Positions 1 through 15,200 of a DNA stretch of 64,000 bases are shown here, one piece after another. Source of the stretch: Eledone cirrhosa (Eukaryota); assembly GCA_964016885.1 (NCBI GenBank), contig OZ024748.1:24490001-24554000 (forward strand). The letters run 5' to 3'. The notes beneath the pieces are model-generated. The model made no database searches. It was not told the origin of the DNA and saw only the letters and a list, made by a program, of their open reading frames with translations. The translations under genes were made by a program, and so were the position numbers. Position 1 is the stretch's first letter. Every line of letters begins with the position of its first letter.

Positions 1-3000
1 AACTATCTACAATACTTGACTTGATCCTGGTTGCCAGTCAACTATCTACAATATTTTACTTGATCCTTGTTGTCAGTCAACTATCTACATTACTTGACTT
101 TATCCTTGTTGCCAGTCAACTATCTACAATACTTGACTTGATCCTTGTTGTCAGTCAACTATCTACAATACTTGACTTGATCCTTGTTTTCAGTCAACCA
201 TCTACAATAATTGACTTGATCCTTGTTGTTAGTCAACTATCTATAATACTTAACTTTATCCTTGTTGTCAGTCAACTATCTACAATACTTGACTTGATCC
301 TTGTTGCCAGTCAACTATCTACAATACTTGACTTGATCCTTGTTGCCAGTCAACTATCAACAATACTTGACTTGATCCTTGTTTTCAGTCAACTATCTAC
401 AATAATTGACTTGATTCTTGTTGTCAGTCAACTATCTACAATACTTAACTTTATCCTTGTTGTCAGTCAACTATCTACAATACATGACTTGATCCTTGTC
501 AGTCAACTATCTACAATACTTGACTTGATCCTTGTTGTCAGTCAACTATCTACAATACTTGACTTGATCCTTGTTCTCAGTCAACCATCTACAATAATTG
601 ACTTGATCGTTGTTGTCAGTCAACTATCTACAATAATTGACTTGATCCTTGTTGTCAGTCAACTATCTACAATACTTAACTTTATCCTTGTTGTCAGTCA
701 ACTATCTACAATACTTGACTTGATCCTTGTTGCCAGTCAACTATCTACAATAATTGACTTGATCCTTGTTGGCAGTCAACTATCTACAATACTTAACTTG
801 ATCCTTGTTGCCTGTCAACTATCTACAATACTTGACTTGATCCTTGTTTTCAGTCAACTATCTACAATAATTGACTTGATCCTTGTTGTCAGTCAACTAT
901 CTACAATACTTAACTTTATCCTTGTTGACAGTCAACTATCTACAACACTTGACTTGATCCTTGTTGTCAGTCAACTATCTACAATACTTGACTTGATCCT
1001 TGTTGTCAGTCAACTATCTACAATAATTTACTTGATCCTTGTTGTCAGTCAACTATCTACAATACTTGACTTGATCCTTGTTGCCAGTCAACTATCAACA
1101 ATACTTGACTTGATCCTTGTTTTCAGTCAACTATCTACAATAATTGACTTGATCCTTGTTGTCAGTCAACTATCTACAATACTTAACTTTATCCTTGTTG
1201 CCAGTCAACTATCTACAATACTTGACTTGATCCTTGTTTTCAGTCAACTATCTACAATAATTGACTTGATCCTTGTTGTCAGTCAACTATCTACAATACT
1301 TGACTTGATCCTTGTTGCCAGTCAACTATCTACAATACTTGACTTGATCCTTGTTGTCAGTCAACTATCTACAATACTTGACTTGATCCTTGTTGTCAGT
1401 CAACTATCTACAATACTTGACTTGATCCTGGTTGCCAGTCAACTATCTACAATACTTGACTTGATCCTTGTTGTCAGTCAACTATCTACAATACTTGACT
1501 TTATCCTTGTTGCCAGTCAACTATCTACAATACTTGACTTGATCCTTGTTGTCAGTCAACTATCTACAATACTTGACTTGATCCTGGTTGCCAGTCAACT
1601 ATCTACAATACTTGACTTGATCCTTGTTGTCAGTCAACTATCTACAATACTTGACTTGATCCTGGTTGTCAGTCAACTATCTACAATACTTGACTTGATC
1701 CTTGTTTTCAGTCAACTATCTACAACAATTGACTTGATCCTTGTTGCCAGTCAACTATCTACAATACTTGACTTGATCCTTGTTGCCAGTCAACTATCTA
1801 CAATACTTGACTTGATCCTTGTTTTCAGTCAACCATCTACAATAATTGACTTGATCCTTGTTGTTAGTCAACTATCTATAATACTTAACTTTATCCTTGT
1901 TGTCAGTCAACTATCTACAATACTTGACTTGATCCTTGTTGCCAGTCAACTATCTACAATAATTGACTTGATCCTTGTTGCCAGTCAACTATCTACAATA
2001 CTTGACTTGATCCTTGTTGCCAGTCAACAATCAACAATACTTGACTTGATCCTTGTTTTCAGTCAACTATCTACAATAATTGACTTGATCCTTGTTGTCC
2101 GTCAACTATCTACAATACTTAACTTTATCCTTGTTGTCAGTCAACTATCTACAATACATGACTTGATCCTTGTTGTCAGTCAACTATCTACAATACTTGA
2201 CTTGATCCTTGTTGTCAGTCAACTATCTACAATACTTGACTTGATCGTTGTTTTCAGTCAACCATCTACAATAATTGACTTGATCCTTGTTGTCAGTCAA
2301 CTATCTACAATAATTGACTTGATCCTTGTTGTCAGTCAACTATCTACAATACTTAACTTTATCCTTGTTGTCAGTCAACTATCTACAATACTTGACTTGA
2401 TCCTTGTTGCCAGTCAACTATCTACAATAATTGACTTGATCCTTGTTGCCAGTCAACTATCTACAATACTTGACTTGATCCTTGTTGCCTGTCAACTATC
2501 TACAATACTTGACTTGATCCTGGTTGCCAGTCAACTATCTACAATATTTTACTTGATCCTTGTTGTCAGTCAACTATCTACATTACTTGACTTTATCCTT
2601 GTTGCCAGTCAACTATCTACAATACTTGACTTGATCCTTGTTGTCAGTCAACTATCTACAATACTTGACTTGATCCTTGTTTTCAGTCAACCATCTACAA
2701 TAATTGACTTGATCCTTGTTGTTAGTCAACTATCTATAATACTTAACTTTATCCTTGTTGTCAGTCAACTATCTACAATACTTGACTTGATCCTTGTTGC
2801 CAGTCAACTATCTACAATACTTGACTTGATCCTTGTTGCCAGTCAACTATCAACAATACTTGACTTGATCCTTGTTTTCAGTCAACTATCTACAATAATT
2901 GACTTGATTCTTGTTGTCAGTCAACTATCTACAATACTTAACTTTATCCTTGTTGTCAGTCAACTATCTACAATACATGACTTGATCCTTGTCAGTCAAC

Positions 3001-6000
3001 TATCTACAATACTTGACTTGATCCTTGTTGTCAGTCAACTATCTACAATACTTGACTTGATCCTTGTTCTCAGTCAACCATCTACAATAATTGACTTGAT
3101 CGTTGTTGTCAGTCAACTATCTACAATAATTGACTTGATCCTTGTTGTCAGTCAACTATCTACAATACTTAACTTTATCCTTGTTGTCAGTCAACTATCT
3201 ACAATACTTGACTTGATCCTTGTTGCCAGTCAACTATCTACAATAATTGACTTGATCCTTGTTGGCAGTCAACTATCTACAATACTTAACTTGATCCTTG
3301 TTGCCTGTCAACTATCTACAATACTTGACTTGATCCTTGTTTTCAGTCAACTATCTACAATAATTGACTTGATCCTTGTTGTCAGTCAACTATCTACAAT
3401 ACTTAACTTTATCCTTGTTGACAGTCAACTATCTACAACACTTGACTTGATCCTTGTTGTCAGTCAACTATCTACAATACTTGACTTGATCCTTGTTGTC
3501 AGTCAACTATCTACAATAATTTACTTGATCCTTGTTGTCAGTCAACTATCTACAATACTTGACTTGATCCTTGTTGCCAGTCAACTATCAACAATACTTG
3601 ACTTGATCCTTGTTTTCAGTCAACTATCTACAATAATTGACTTGATCCTTGTTGTCAGTCAACTATCTACAATACTTAACTTTATCCTTGTTGCCAGTCA
3701 ACTATCTACAATACTTGACTTGATCCTTGTTTTCAGTCAACTATCTACAATAATTGACTTGATCCTTGTTGTCAGTCAACTATCTACAATACTTGACTTG
3801 ATCCTTGTTGCCAGTCAACTATCTACAATACTTGACTTGATCCTTGTTGTCAGTCAACTATCTACAATACTTGACTTGATCCTTGTTGTCAGTCAACTAT
3901 CTACAATACTTGACTTGATCCTGGTTGCCAGTCAACTATCTACAATACTTGACTTGATCCTTGTTGTCAGTCAACTATCTACAATACTTGACTTTATCCT
4001 TGTTGCCAGTCAACTATCTACAATACTTGACTTGATCCTTGTTGTCAGTCAACTATCTACAATACTTGACTTGATCCTGGTTGCCAGTCAACTATCTACA
4101 ATACTTGACTTGATCCTTGTTGTCAGTCAACTATCTACAATACTTGACTTGATCCTGGTTGTCAGTCAACTATCTACAATACTTGACTTGATCCTTGTTT
4201 TCAGTCAACTATCTACAACAATTGACTTGATCCTTGTTGCCAGTCAACTATCTACAATACTTGACTTGATCCTTGTTGCCAGTCAACTATCTACAATACT
4301 TGACTTGATCCTTGTTTTCAGTCAACCATCTACAATAATTGACTTGATCCTTGTTGTTAGTCAACTATCTATAATACTTAACTTTATCCTTGTTGTCAGT
4401 CAACTATCTATAATACTTGACTTGATCCTTGTTGCCAGTCAACTATCTACAATAATTGACTTGATCCTTGTTGCCAGTCAACTATCTACAATACTTGACT
4501 TGATCCTTGTTGCCAGTCAACAATCAACAATACTTGACTTGATCCTTGTTTTCAGTCAACTATCTACAATAATTGACTTGATCCTTGTTGTCCGTCAACT
4601 ATCTACAATACTTAACTTTATCCTTGTTGTCAGTCAACTATCTACAATACATGACTTGATCCTTGTTGTCAGTCAACTATCTACAATACTTGACTTGATC
4701 CTTGTTGTCAGTCAACTATCTACAATACTTGACTTGATCGTTGTTTTCAGTCAACCATCTACAATAATTGACTTGATCCTTGTTGTCAGTCAACTATCTA
4801 CAATAATTGACTTGATCCTTGTTGTCAGTCAACTATCTACAATACTTAACTTTATCCTTGTTGTCAGTCAACTATCTACAATACTTGACTTGATCCTTGT
4901 TGCCAGTCAACTATCTACAATAATTGACTTGATCCTTGTTGCCAGTCAACTATCTACAATACTTGACTTGATCCTTGTTGCCTGTCAACTATCTACAATA
5001 CTTGACTTGATCCTTGTTGTCAGTCAACTATCTACAATAATTGACTTGATCCTTGTTGTCAGTCAACTATCTACAATACTTAACTTTATCCTTGTTCCCA
5101 GTCAACTATCTACAATACTTGACTTGATCCTTGTTTTCAGTCAACTATCTACAATAATTGACTTGATCCTTGTTGTCAGTCAACTATCTACAATACTTGA
5201 CTTGATCCTTGTTGCCAGTCAACTATCTACAATACTTGACTTGATCCTTGTTTTCAGTCAACTATCTACAATAATTGACTTGATCCTTGTTGTCAGTCAA
5301 CTATCTACAATACTTGACTTGATCCTTGTTGTCAGTCAACTATCTACAATACTTGACTTGATCCTGGTTGCCAGTCAACTATCTACAATACTTGACTTGA
5401 TCCTTGTTGTCAGTCAACTATCTACAATACTTGACTTGATCCTGGTTGCCAGTCAACTATCTACAATATTTTACTTGATCCTTGTTGTCAGTCAACTATC
5501 TACATTACTTGACTTTATCCTTGTTGCCAGTCAACTATCTACAATACTTGACTTGATCCTTGTTGTCAGTCAACTATCTACAATACTTGACTTGATCCTT
5601 GTTTTCAGTCAACCATCTACAATAATTGACTTGATCCTTGTTGTTAGTCAACTATCTATAATACTTAACTTTATCCTTGTTGTCAGTCAACTATCTACAA
5701 TACTTGACTTGATCCTTGTTGCCAGTCAACTATCTACAATACTTGACTTGATCCTTGTTGCCAGTCAACTATCAACAATACTTGACTTGATCCTTGTTTT
5801 CAGTCAACTATCTACAATAATTGACTTGATTCTTGTTGTCAGTCAACTATCTACAATACTTAACTTTATCCTTGTTGTCAGTCAACTATCTACAATACAT
5901 GACTTGATCCTTGTCAGTCAACTATCTACAATACTTGACTTGATCCTTGTTGTCAGTCAACTATCTACAATACTTGACTTGATCCTTGTTCTCAGTCAAC

Positions 6001-8200
6001 CATCTACAATAATTGACTTGATCGTTGTTGTCAGTCAACTATCTACAATAATTGACTTGATCCTTGTTGTCAGTCAACTATCTACAATACTTAACTTTAT
6101 CCTTGTTGTCAGTCAACTATCTACAATACTTGACTTGATCCTTGTTGCCAGTCAACTATCTACAATAATTGACTTGATCCTTGTTGGCAGTCAACTATCT
6201 ACAATACTTAACTTGATCCTTGTTGCCTGTCAACTATCTACAATACTTGACTTGATCCTTGTTTTCAGTCAACTATCTACAATAATTGACTTGATCCTTG
6301 TTGTCAGTCAACTATCTACAATACTTAACTTTATCCTTGTTGACAGTCAACTATCTACAACACTTGACTTGATCCTTGTTGTCAGTCAACTATCTACAAT
6401 ACTTGACTTGATCCTTGTTGTCAGTCAACTATCTACAATAATTTACTTGATCCTTGTTGTCAGTCAACTATCTACAATACTTGACTTGATCCTTGTTGCC
6501 AGTCAACTATCAACAATACTTGACTTGATCCTTGTTTTCAGTCAACTATCTACAATAATTGACTTGATCCTTGTTGTCAGTCAACTATCTACAATACTTA
6601 ACTTTATCCTTGTTGCCAGTCAACTATCTACAATACTTGACTTGATCCTTGTTTTCAGTCAACTATCTACAATAATTGACTTGATCCTTGTTGTCAGTCA
6701 ACTATCTACAATACTTGACTTGATCCTTGTTGCCAGTCAACTATCTACAATACTTGACTTGATCCTTGTTGTCAGTCAACTATCTACAATACTTGACTTG
6801 ATCCTTGTTGTCAGTCAACTATCTACAATACTTGACTTGATCCTGGTTGCCAGTCAACTATCTACAATACTTGACTTGATCCTTGTTGTCAGTCAACTAT
6901 CTACAATACTTGACTTTATCCTTGTTGCCAGTCAACTATCTACAATACTTGACTTGATCCTTGTTGTCAGTCAACTATCTACAATACTTGACTTGATCCT
7001 GGTTGCCAGTCAACTATCTACAATACTTGACTTGATCCTTGTTGTCAGTCAACTATCTACAATACTTGACTCGATCCTGGTTGTCAGTCAACTATCTACA
7101 ATACTTGACTTGATCCTTGTTTTCAGTCAACTATCTACAACAATTGACTTGATCCTTGTTGCCAGTCAACTATCTACAATACTTGACTTGATCCTTGTTG
7201 CCAGTCAACTATCTACAATACTTGACTTGATCCTTGTTTTCAGTCAACCATCTACAATAATTGACTTGATCCTTGTTGTTAGTCAACTATCTATAATACT
7301 TAACTTTATCCTTGTTGTCAGTCAACTATCTACAATACTTGACTTGATCCTTGTTGCCAGTCAACTATCTACAATAATTGACTTGATCCTTGTTGCCAGT
7401 CAACTATCTACAATACTTGACTTGATCCTTGTTGCCAGTCAACAATCAACAATACTTGACTTGATCCTTGTTTTCAGTCAACTATCTACAATAATTGACT
7501 TGATCCTTGTTGTCCGTCAACTATCTACAATACTTAACTTTATCCTTGTTGTCAGTCAACTATCTACAATACATGACTTGATCCTTGTTGTCAGTCAACT
7601 ATCTACAATACTTGACTTGATCCTTGTTGTCAGTCAACTATCTACAATACTTGACTTGATCGTTGTTTTCAGTCAACCATCTACAATAATTGACTTGATC
7701 CTTGTTGTCAGTCAACTATCTACAATAATTGACTTGATCCTTGTTGTCAGTCAACTATCTACAATACTTAACTTTATCCTTGTTGTCAGTCAACTATCTA
7801 CAATACTTGACTTGATCCTTGTTGCCAGTCAACTATCTACAATAATTGACTTGATCCTTGTTGCCAGTCAACTATCTACAATACTTGACTTGATCCTTGT
7901 TGCCTGTCAACTATCTACAATACTTGACTTGATCCTTGTTGTCAGTCAACTATCTACAATAATTGACTTGATCCTTGTTGTCAGTCAACTATCTACAATA
8001 CTTAACTTTATCCTTGTTGCCAGTCAACTATCTACAATACTTGACTTGATCCTTGTTTTCAGTCAACTATCTACAATAATTGACTTGATCCTTGTTGTCA
8101 GTCAACTATCTACAATACTTGACTTGATCCTTGTTGCCAGTCAACTATCTACAATACTTGACTTGATCCTTGTTGTCAGTCAACTATCTACAATACTTGA
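1..8200. repeat. Three-copy higher-order repeat within the satellite (periods 2493 and 2922 bp)
   Basis: The rare marker ACAATATTTT occurs at 48, 2541 and 5463, and the 36-bp deletion monomer (GATCCTTGTCAG) at 491, 2984 and 5906. Spacings are 2493 = 64x39-3 and 2922 = 75x39-3. Right end is approximate. Confidence 0.9.
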
Positions 8201-9269
8201 CTTGATCCTTGTTGTCAGTCAACTATCTACAATACTTGACTTGATCCTTGTTGCCAGTCAACTATCTACAATACTTGACTTGATCCTTGTTTTCAGTCAA
8301 CTATCTACAATACGTAACTTTATCCTTGTTGTCAGTCAACTATCTACAATACTTGACTTGATCCTTGTTGCCAGTCAACTATCTACAATACTTGACTTTA
8401 TCCTTGTTGCCAGTCAACTATCTACAATACTTGACTTTTCCTTGTTGTCAGTCAACTATCTACAATACTTGACTTGATCCTTGTTTTCAGTCAACTATCT
8501 ACAATAATTGACTTGATCCTTGTTTTCAGTGAACTATCTACAATACTTGACTTGATCCTTGTTGTCAGTCAACTATCTACAATACTTGACTTGATCCTGG
8601 TTGCCAGTCAACTATCTACAATACTTGACTTGATCCTTGTTGTCAGTCAACTATCTACAATACTTGACTTGATCCTGGTTGCCAGTCAACTATCTACAAT
8701 ATTTTACTTGATCCTTGTTGTCAGTCAACTATCTACATTACTTGACTTTCTCCTTGTTGCCAGTCAACTATCTACAATACTTGACTTGATCCTTGTTGTC
8801 AGTCAACTATCTACAATACTTGACTTGATGCTGGTTGTCAGTCAACTATCTACAATACTTGACTTGATCCTTGTTGTCAGTCAACTATCTACAATACTTG
8901 ACTTTATCCTTGTTGCCAGTCAACTATCTACAATACTTGACTTGATCCTTGTTGTCAGTCAACTATCTACAATACTTGACTTGATCTTGGTTGCCAGTCA
9001 ACTACCTACAATACTTGACTTGATCCTTGTTGTCAGTCAACTATCTACAATACTTGACTTGATCCTGGTTGTCAGTCAACTATCTACAATACTTGACTTG
9101 ATCCTTGTTTTCAGTCAACTATCTACAATAATTGACTTGATCCTTGTTGCCAGTCAACTATCTACAATACTTGACTTGATCCTTGTTGCCAGTCAACTAT
9201 TTACAATACTTGACTTGATCCTTGTTTTCAGTCAACCATCTACAATAATTGACTTGATCCTTGTTGTTA

Positions 9270-12200
9270 GTCAACTATCTATAATACTTAACTTTATCCT
9301 TGTTGTCAGTCAACTATCTACAATACTTAACTTTATCCTTGTTGTCAGTCAACTATCTACAATACTTAACTTTATCCTTGTTGTCAGTCAACTATCTACA
9401 ATACTTGACTTGATCCTTGTTGTCAGTCAACTATCTACAATACTTGACTTGATCCTTGTTTTCAGTCAACTATCTACAATAATTGACTTAATCCTTGTTG
9501 CCAGTCAACTATCTCCAATACTTGACTTGATCCTTGTTGCCAGTCAACTATCTACAATACGTAACTTTATCCTTGTTGTCAGTCAACTATCTACAATACT
9601 TGACTTGATCCTTGTTGCCAGTCAACTATCTACAATACTTGACTTTATCCTTGTTGCCAGTCAACTATCTACAATACTTGACTTTTCCTTGTTGTCAGTC
9701 AACTATCTACAATACTTGACTTGATCCTTGTTTTCAGTCAACTATCTACAATAATTGACTTGATCCTTGTTGTCAGTCAACTATCTACAATACTTGACTT
9801 GATCCTTGTTGTCAGTCAACTATCTACAATACTTGACTTGATCCTTGTTTTCAGTCAACCATCTACAATAATTGACTTGATCCTTGTTGTCAGTCAACTA
9901 TCTACAATAATTGACTTGATCCTTGTTGTCAGTCAATTATCTACAATACTTAACTTTATCCTTGTTGTCAGTCAACTATCTACAATACTTGACTTGATCC
10001 TTGTTGCCAGTCAACTATCTACAATAATTGACTTGATCCTTGTTGCCAGTCAACTATCTACAATACTTGACTTGATCCTTGTTGTCAGTCAACTATCTAC
10101 AATACTTGACTTGATCCTGGTTGCCAGTCAACTATCTACAATACTTGACTTGATCCTTGTTTTCAGTCAACTATCTACAATAATTGACTTAATCCTTGTT
10201 GCCAGTCAACTATCTCCAATACTTGACTTGATCCTTGTTGCCAGTCAACTATCTACAATACGTAACTTTATCCTTGTTGTCAGTCAACTATCTACAATAC
10301 TTGACTTGATCCTTGTTGCCAGTCAACTATCTACAATACTTGACTTTATCCTTGTTGCCAGTCAACTATCTACAATACTTGACTTTTCCTTGTTGTCAGT
10401 CAACTATCTACAATACTTGACTTGATCCTTGTTTTCAGTCAACTATCTACAATAATTGACTTGATCCTTGTTGTCAGTCAACTATCTACAATACTTGACT
10501 TGATCCTTGTTGTCAGTCAACTATCTACAATACTTGACTTGATCCTTGTTTTCAGTCAACCATCTACAATAATTGACTTGATCCTTGTTGTCAGTCAACT
10601 ATCTACAATAATTGACTTGATCCTTGTTGTCAGTCAATTATCTACAATACTTAACTTTATCCTTGTTGTCAGTCAACTATCTACAATACTTGACTTGATC
10701 CTTGTTGCCAGTCAACTATCTACAATAATTGACTTGATCCTTGTTGCCAGTCAACTATCTACAATACTTGACTTGATCCTTGTTGTCAGTCAACTATCTA
10801 CAATACTTGACTTGATCCTGGTTGCCAGTCAACTATCTACAATACTTGACTTGATCCTTGTTGTCAGTCAACTATCTACAATACTTGACTTGATGCTGGT
10901 TGTCAGTCAACTATCTACAATACTTGACTTGATCCTTGTTGTCAGTCAACTATCTACAATACTTGACTTGATCCTGGTTGCCAGTCAACTATCTACAATA
11001 CTTGACTTGATCCTTGTTGTCAGTCAACTATCTACAATACTTGACTTGATCCTGGTCGTCAGTCAACTATCTACAATACTTGACTTGATCCTTGTTTTCA
11101 GTCAACTATCTACAATAATTGACTTAATCCTTGTTGCCAGTCAACTATCTCCAATACTTGACTTGATCCTTGTTGCCAGTCAACTATCTACAATACTTGA
11201 CTTGATCCTTGTTTTCAGTCAACCATCTACAATAATTGACTTGATCCTTGTTGTTAGTCAACTATCTACAATACTTAACTTTATCCTTGTTGTCAGTCAA
11301 CTATCTACAATACTTGACTTGATCCTTGTTGCCAGTCAACTATCTACAATAATTGACTTGATCGTTGTTGCCAGTCAACTATCTACAATACTTGACTTGA
11401 TCCTTGTTGCCAGTCAACTATCAACAATACTTGACTTGATCCTTGTTTTCAGTCAACTATCTACAATAATTGACTTGATCCTTGTTGTCAGTCAACTATC
11501 TACAATACTTAACTTTATCCTTGTTGTCAGTCAACTATCTACAATACATGACTTGATCCTTGTTGTCAGTCAACTATCTACAATACTTGACTTGATCCTT
11601 GTTGTCAGTCAACTATCTACAATACTTGACTTGATCCTTGTTTTCAGTCAACCATCTACAATAATTGACTTGATCCTTGTTGTCAGTCAACTATCTACAA
11701 AAATTGACTTGATCCTTGTTGTCAGTCAACTATCTACAATACTTAACTTTATCCTTGTTGTCAGTCAACTATCTACAATACTTGCCTTGATCCTTGTTGC
11801 CAGTCAACTATCTACAATAATTGACTTGATCCTTGTTGCCAGTCAAATATCTACAATACTTGACTTGATCCTTGTTGCCTGTCAACTATCTTCAATACTT
11901 GACTTGATCCTTGTTTTCAGTCAACTATCTACAATAATTGACTTGATCCTTGTTGTCAGTCAACTATCTACAATACTTAACTTTATCCTTGTTGTCAGTC
12001 AACTATCTACAATACTTGACTTGATCCTTGTTGTCAGTCAACTATCTACAATACTTGACTTGATCCTTGTTTTCAGTCAACTATCTACAATAATTGACTT
12101 AATCCTTGTTGCCAGTCAACTATCTCCAATACTTGACTTGATCCTTGTTGCCAGTCAACTATCTACAATACGTAACTTTATCCTTGTTGTCAGTCAACTA

Positions 12201-15200
12201 TCTACAATACTTGACTTTATCCTTGTTGCCAGTCAACTATCTACAATACTTGACTTTTCCTTGTTGTCAGTCAACTATCTACAATACTTGACTTGATCCT
12301 TGTTTTCAGTCAACTATCTACAATAATTGACTTGATCCTTGTTGTCAGTCAACTATCTACAATACTTGACTTGATCCTTGTTGTCAGTCAACTATCTACA
12401 ATACTTGACTTGATCCTGGTTGCTAGTCAACTATCTACAATACTTGACTTGATCCTTGTTGTCAGTCAACTATCTACAATACTTGACTTGATCCTGGTTG
12501 CCAGTCAACTATCAACAATATTTTACTTGATCCTTGTTGTCAGTCAACTATCTACATTACTTGACTTTCTCCTTGTTGCCAGTCAACTATCTACAATACT
12601 TGACTTGATCCTTGTTGTCAGTCAACTATCTACAATACTTGACTTGATGCTGGTTGTCAGTCAACTATCTACAATACTTGACTTGATCCTTGTTGTCAGT
12701 CAACTATCTACAATACTTGACTTTATCCTTGTTGCCAGTCAACTATCTACAATACTTGACTTGATCCTTGTTGTCAGTCAACTATCTACAATACTTGACT
12801 TGATCCTGGTTGCCAGTCAACTATCTACAATACTTGACTTGATCCTTGTTGTCAGTCAACTATCTACAATACTTGACTTGATCCTGGTTGTCAGTCAACT
12901 ATCTACAATACTTGACTTGATCCTTGTTTTCAGTCAACTATCTACAATAATTGACTTGATCCTTGTTGCCAGTCAACTATCTACAATACTTGACTTGATC
13001 CTTGTTGCCAGTCAACTATTTACAATACTTGACTTGATCCTTGTTTTCAGTCAACCATCTACAATAATTGACTTGATCCTTGTTGTTAGTCAACTATCTA
13101 TAATACTTAACTTTATCCTTGTTGTCAGTCAACTATCTACAATACTTGCCTTGATCCTTGTTGCCAGTCAACTATCTACAATAATTGACTTGATCCTTGT
13201 TGCCAGTCAACTATCTACAATACTTGACTTGATCCTTGTTGCCAGTCAACTATCAACAATACTTGACTTGATCCTTGTTTTCAGTCAACTATCTACAATA
13301 ATTGACTTGATCCTTGTTGTCCGTCAACTATCTACAATACTTAACTTTATCCTTGTTGTCAGTCAACTATCTACAATACATGACTTGATCCCTGTTGTCA
13401 GTCAACTATCTACAATACTTGACTTGATCCTTGTTGTCAGTCAACTATCTACAATACTTGACTTGATCCTTGTTTTCAGTCAACCATCTACAATATTTGA
13501 CTTGATCCTTGTTGTCAGTCAAATATCTACAATAATTGACTTGATCCTTGTTGTCAGTCAATTATCTACAATACTTAACTTTATCCTTGTTGTCAGTCAA
13601 CTATCTACAATACTTGACTTGATCCTTGTTGCCAGTCAACTATCTACAATAATTGACTTGATCCTTGTTGCCAGTCAACTATCTACAATACTTGACTTGA
13701 TCCTTGTTGTCAGTCAACTATCTACAATACTTGACTTGATCCTGGTTGCCAGTCAACTATCTACAATACTTGACTTGATCCTTGTTGTCAGTCAACTATC
13801 TACAATACTTGACTTGATGCTGGTTGTCAGTCAACTATCTACAATACTTGACTTGATCCTTGTTGTCAGTCAACTATCTACAATACTTGACTTTATCCTT
13901 GTTGCCAGTCAACTATCTACAATACTTGACTTGATCCTTGTTGTCAGTCAACTATCTACAATACTTGACTTGATCCTGGTTGCCAGTCATCTATCTACAA
14001 TACTTGACTTGATCCTTGTTGTCAGTCAACTATCTACAATACTTGACTTGATCCTGGTTGTCAGTCAACTATCTACAATACTTGACTTGATCCTTGTTTT
14101 CAGTCAACTATCTACAATAATTGACTTAATCCTTGTTGCCAGTCAACTATCTCCAATACTTGACTTGATCCTTGTTGCCAGTCAACTATCTACAATACTT
14201 GACTTGATCCTTGTTTTCAGTCAACCATCTACAATAATTGACTTGATCCTTGTTGTTAGTCAACTATCTACAATACTTAACTTTATCCTTGTTGTCAGTC
14301 AACTATCTACAATACTTGACTTGATCCTTGTTGCCAGTCAACTATCTACAATAATTGACTTGATCCTTGTTGCCAGTCAACTATCTACAATACTTGACTT
14401 GATCCTTGTTGCCAGTCAACTATCAACAATACTTGACTTGATCCTTGTTTTCAGTCAACTATCTACAATAATTGACTTGATCCTTGTTGTCAGTCAACTA
14501 TCTACAATACTTAACTTTATCCTTGTTGTCAGTCAACTATCTACAATACATGACTTGATCCTTGTTGTCAGTCAACTATCTACAATACTTGACTTGATCC
14601 TTGTTGTCAGTCAACTATCTACAATACTTGACTTGATCCTTGTTTTCAGTCAACCATCTACAATAATTGACTTGATCCTTGTTGTCAGTCAACTATCTAC
14701 AAAAATTGACTTGATCCTTGTTGTCAGTCAACTATCTACAATACTTAACTTTATCCTTGTTGTCAGTCAACTATCTACAATACTTGCCTTGATCCTTGTT
14801 GCCAGTCAACTATCTACAATAATTGACTTGATCGTTGTTGCCAGTCAAATATCTACAATACTTGACTTGATCCTTGTTGCCTGTCAACTATCTTCAATAC
14901 TTGACTTGATCCTTGTTTTCAGTCAACTATCTACAATAATTGACTTGATCCTTGTTGTCAGTCAACTATCTACAATACTTAACTTTATCCTTGTTGTCAG
15001 TCAACTATCTACAATACTTGACTTGATCCTTGTTGTCAGTCAACTATCTACAATACTTGACTTGATCCTTGTTGCCAGTCAACTATCTACAATAATTGAC
15101 TTGATCCTTGTTGTCAGTCAACTATCTACAATAATTGACTTGATCCTTGTTGTCAGTCAACTATCTACAATACTTAACTTTAACCTTGTTGTCAGTCAAC

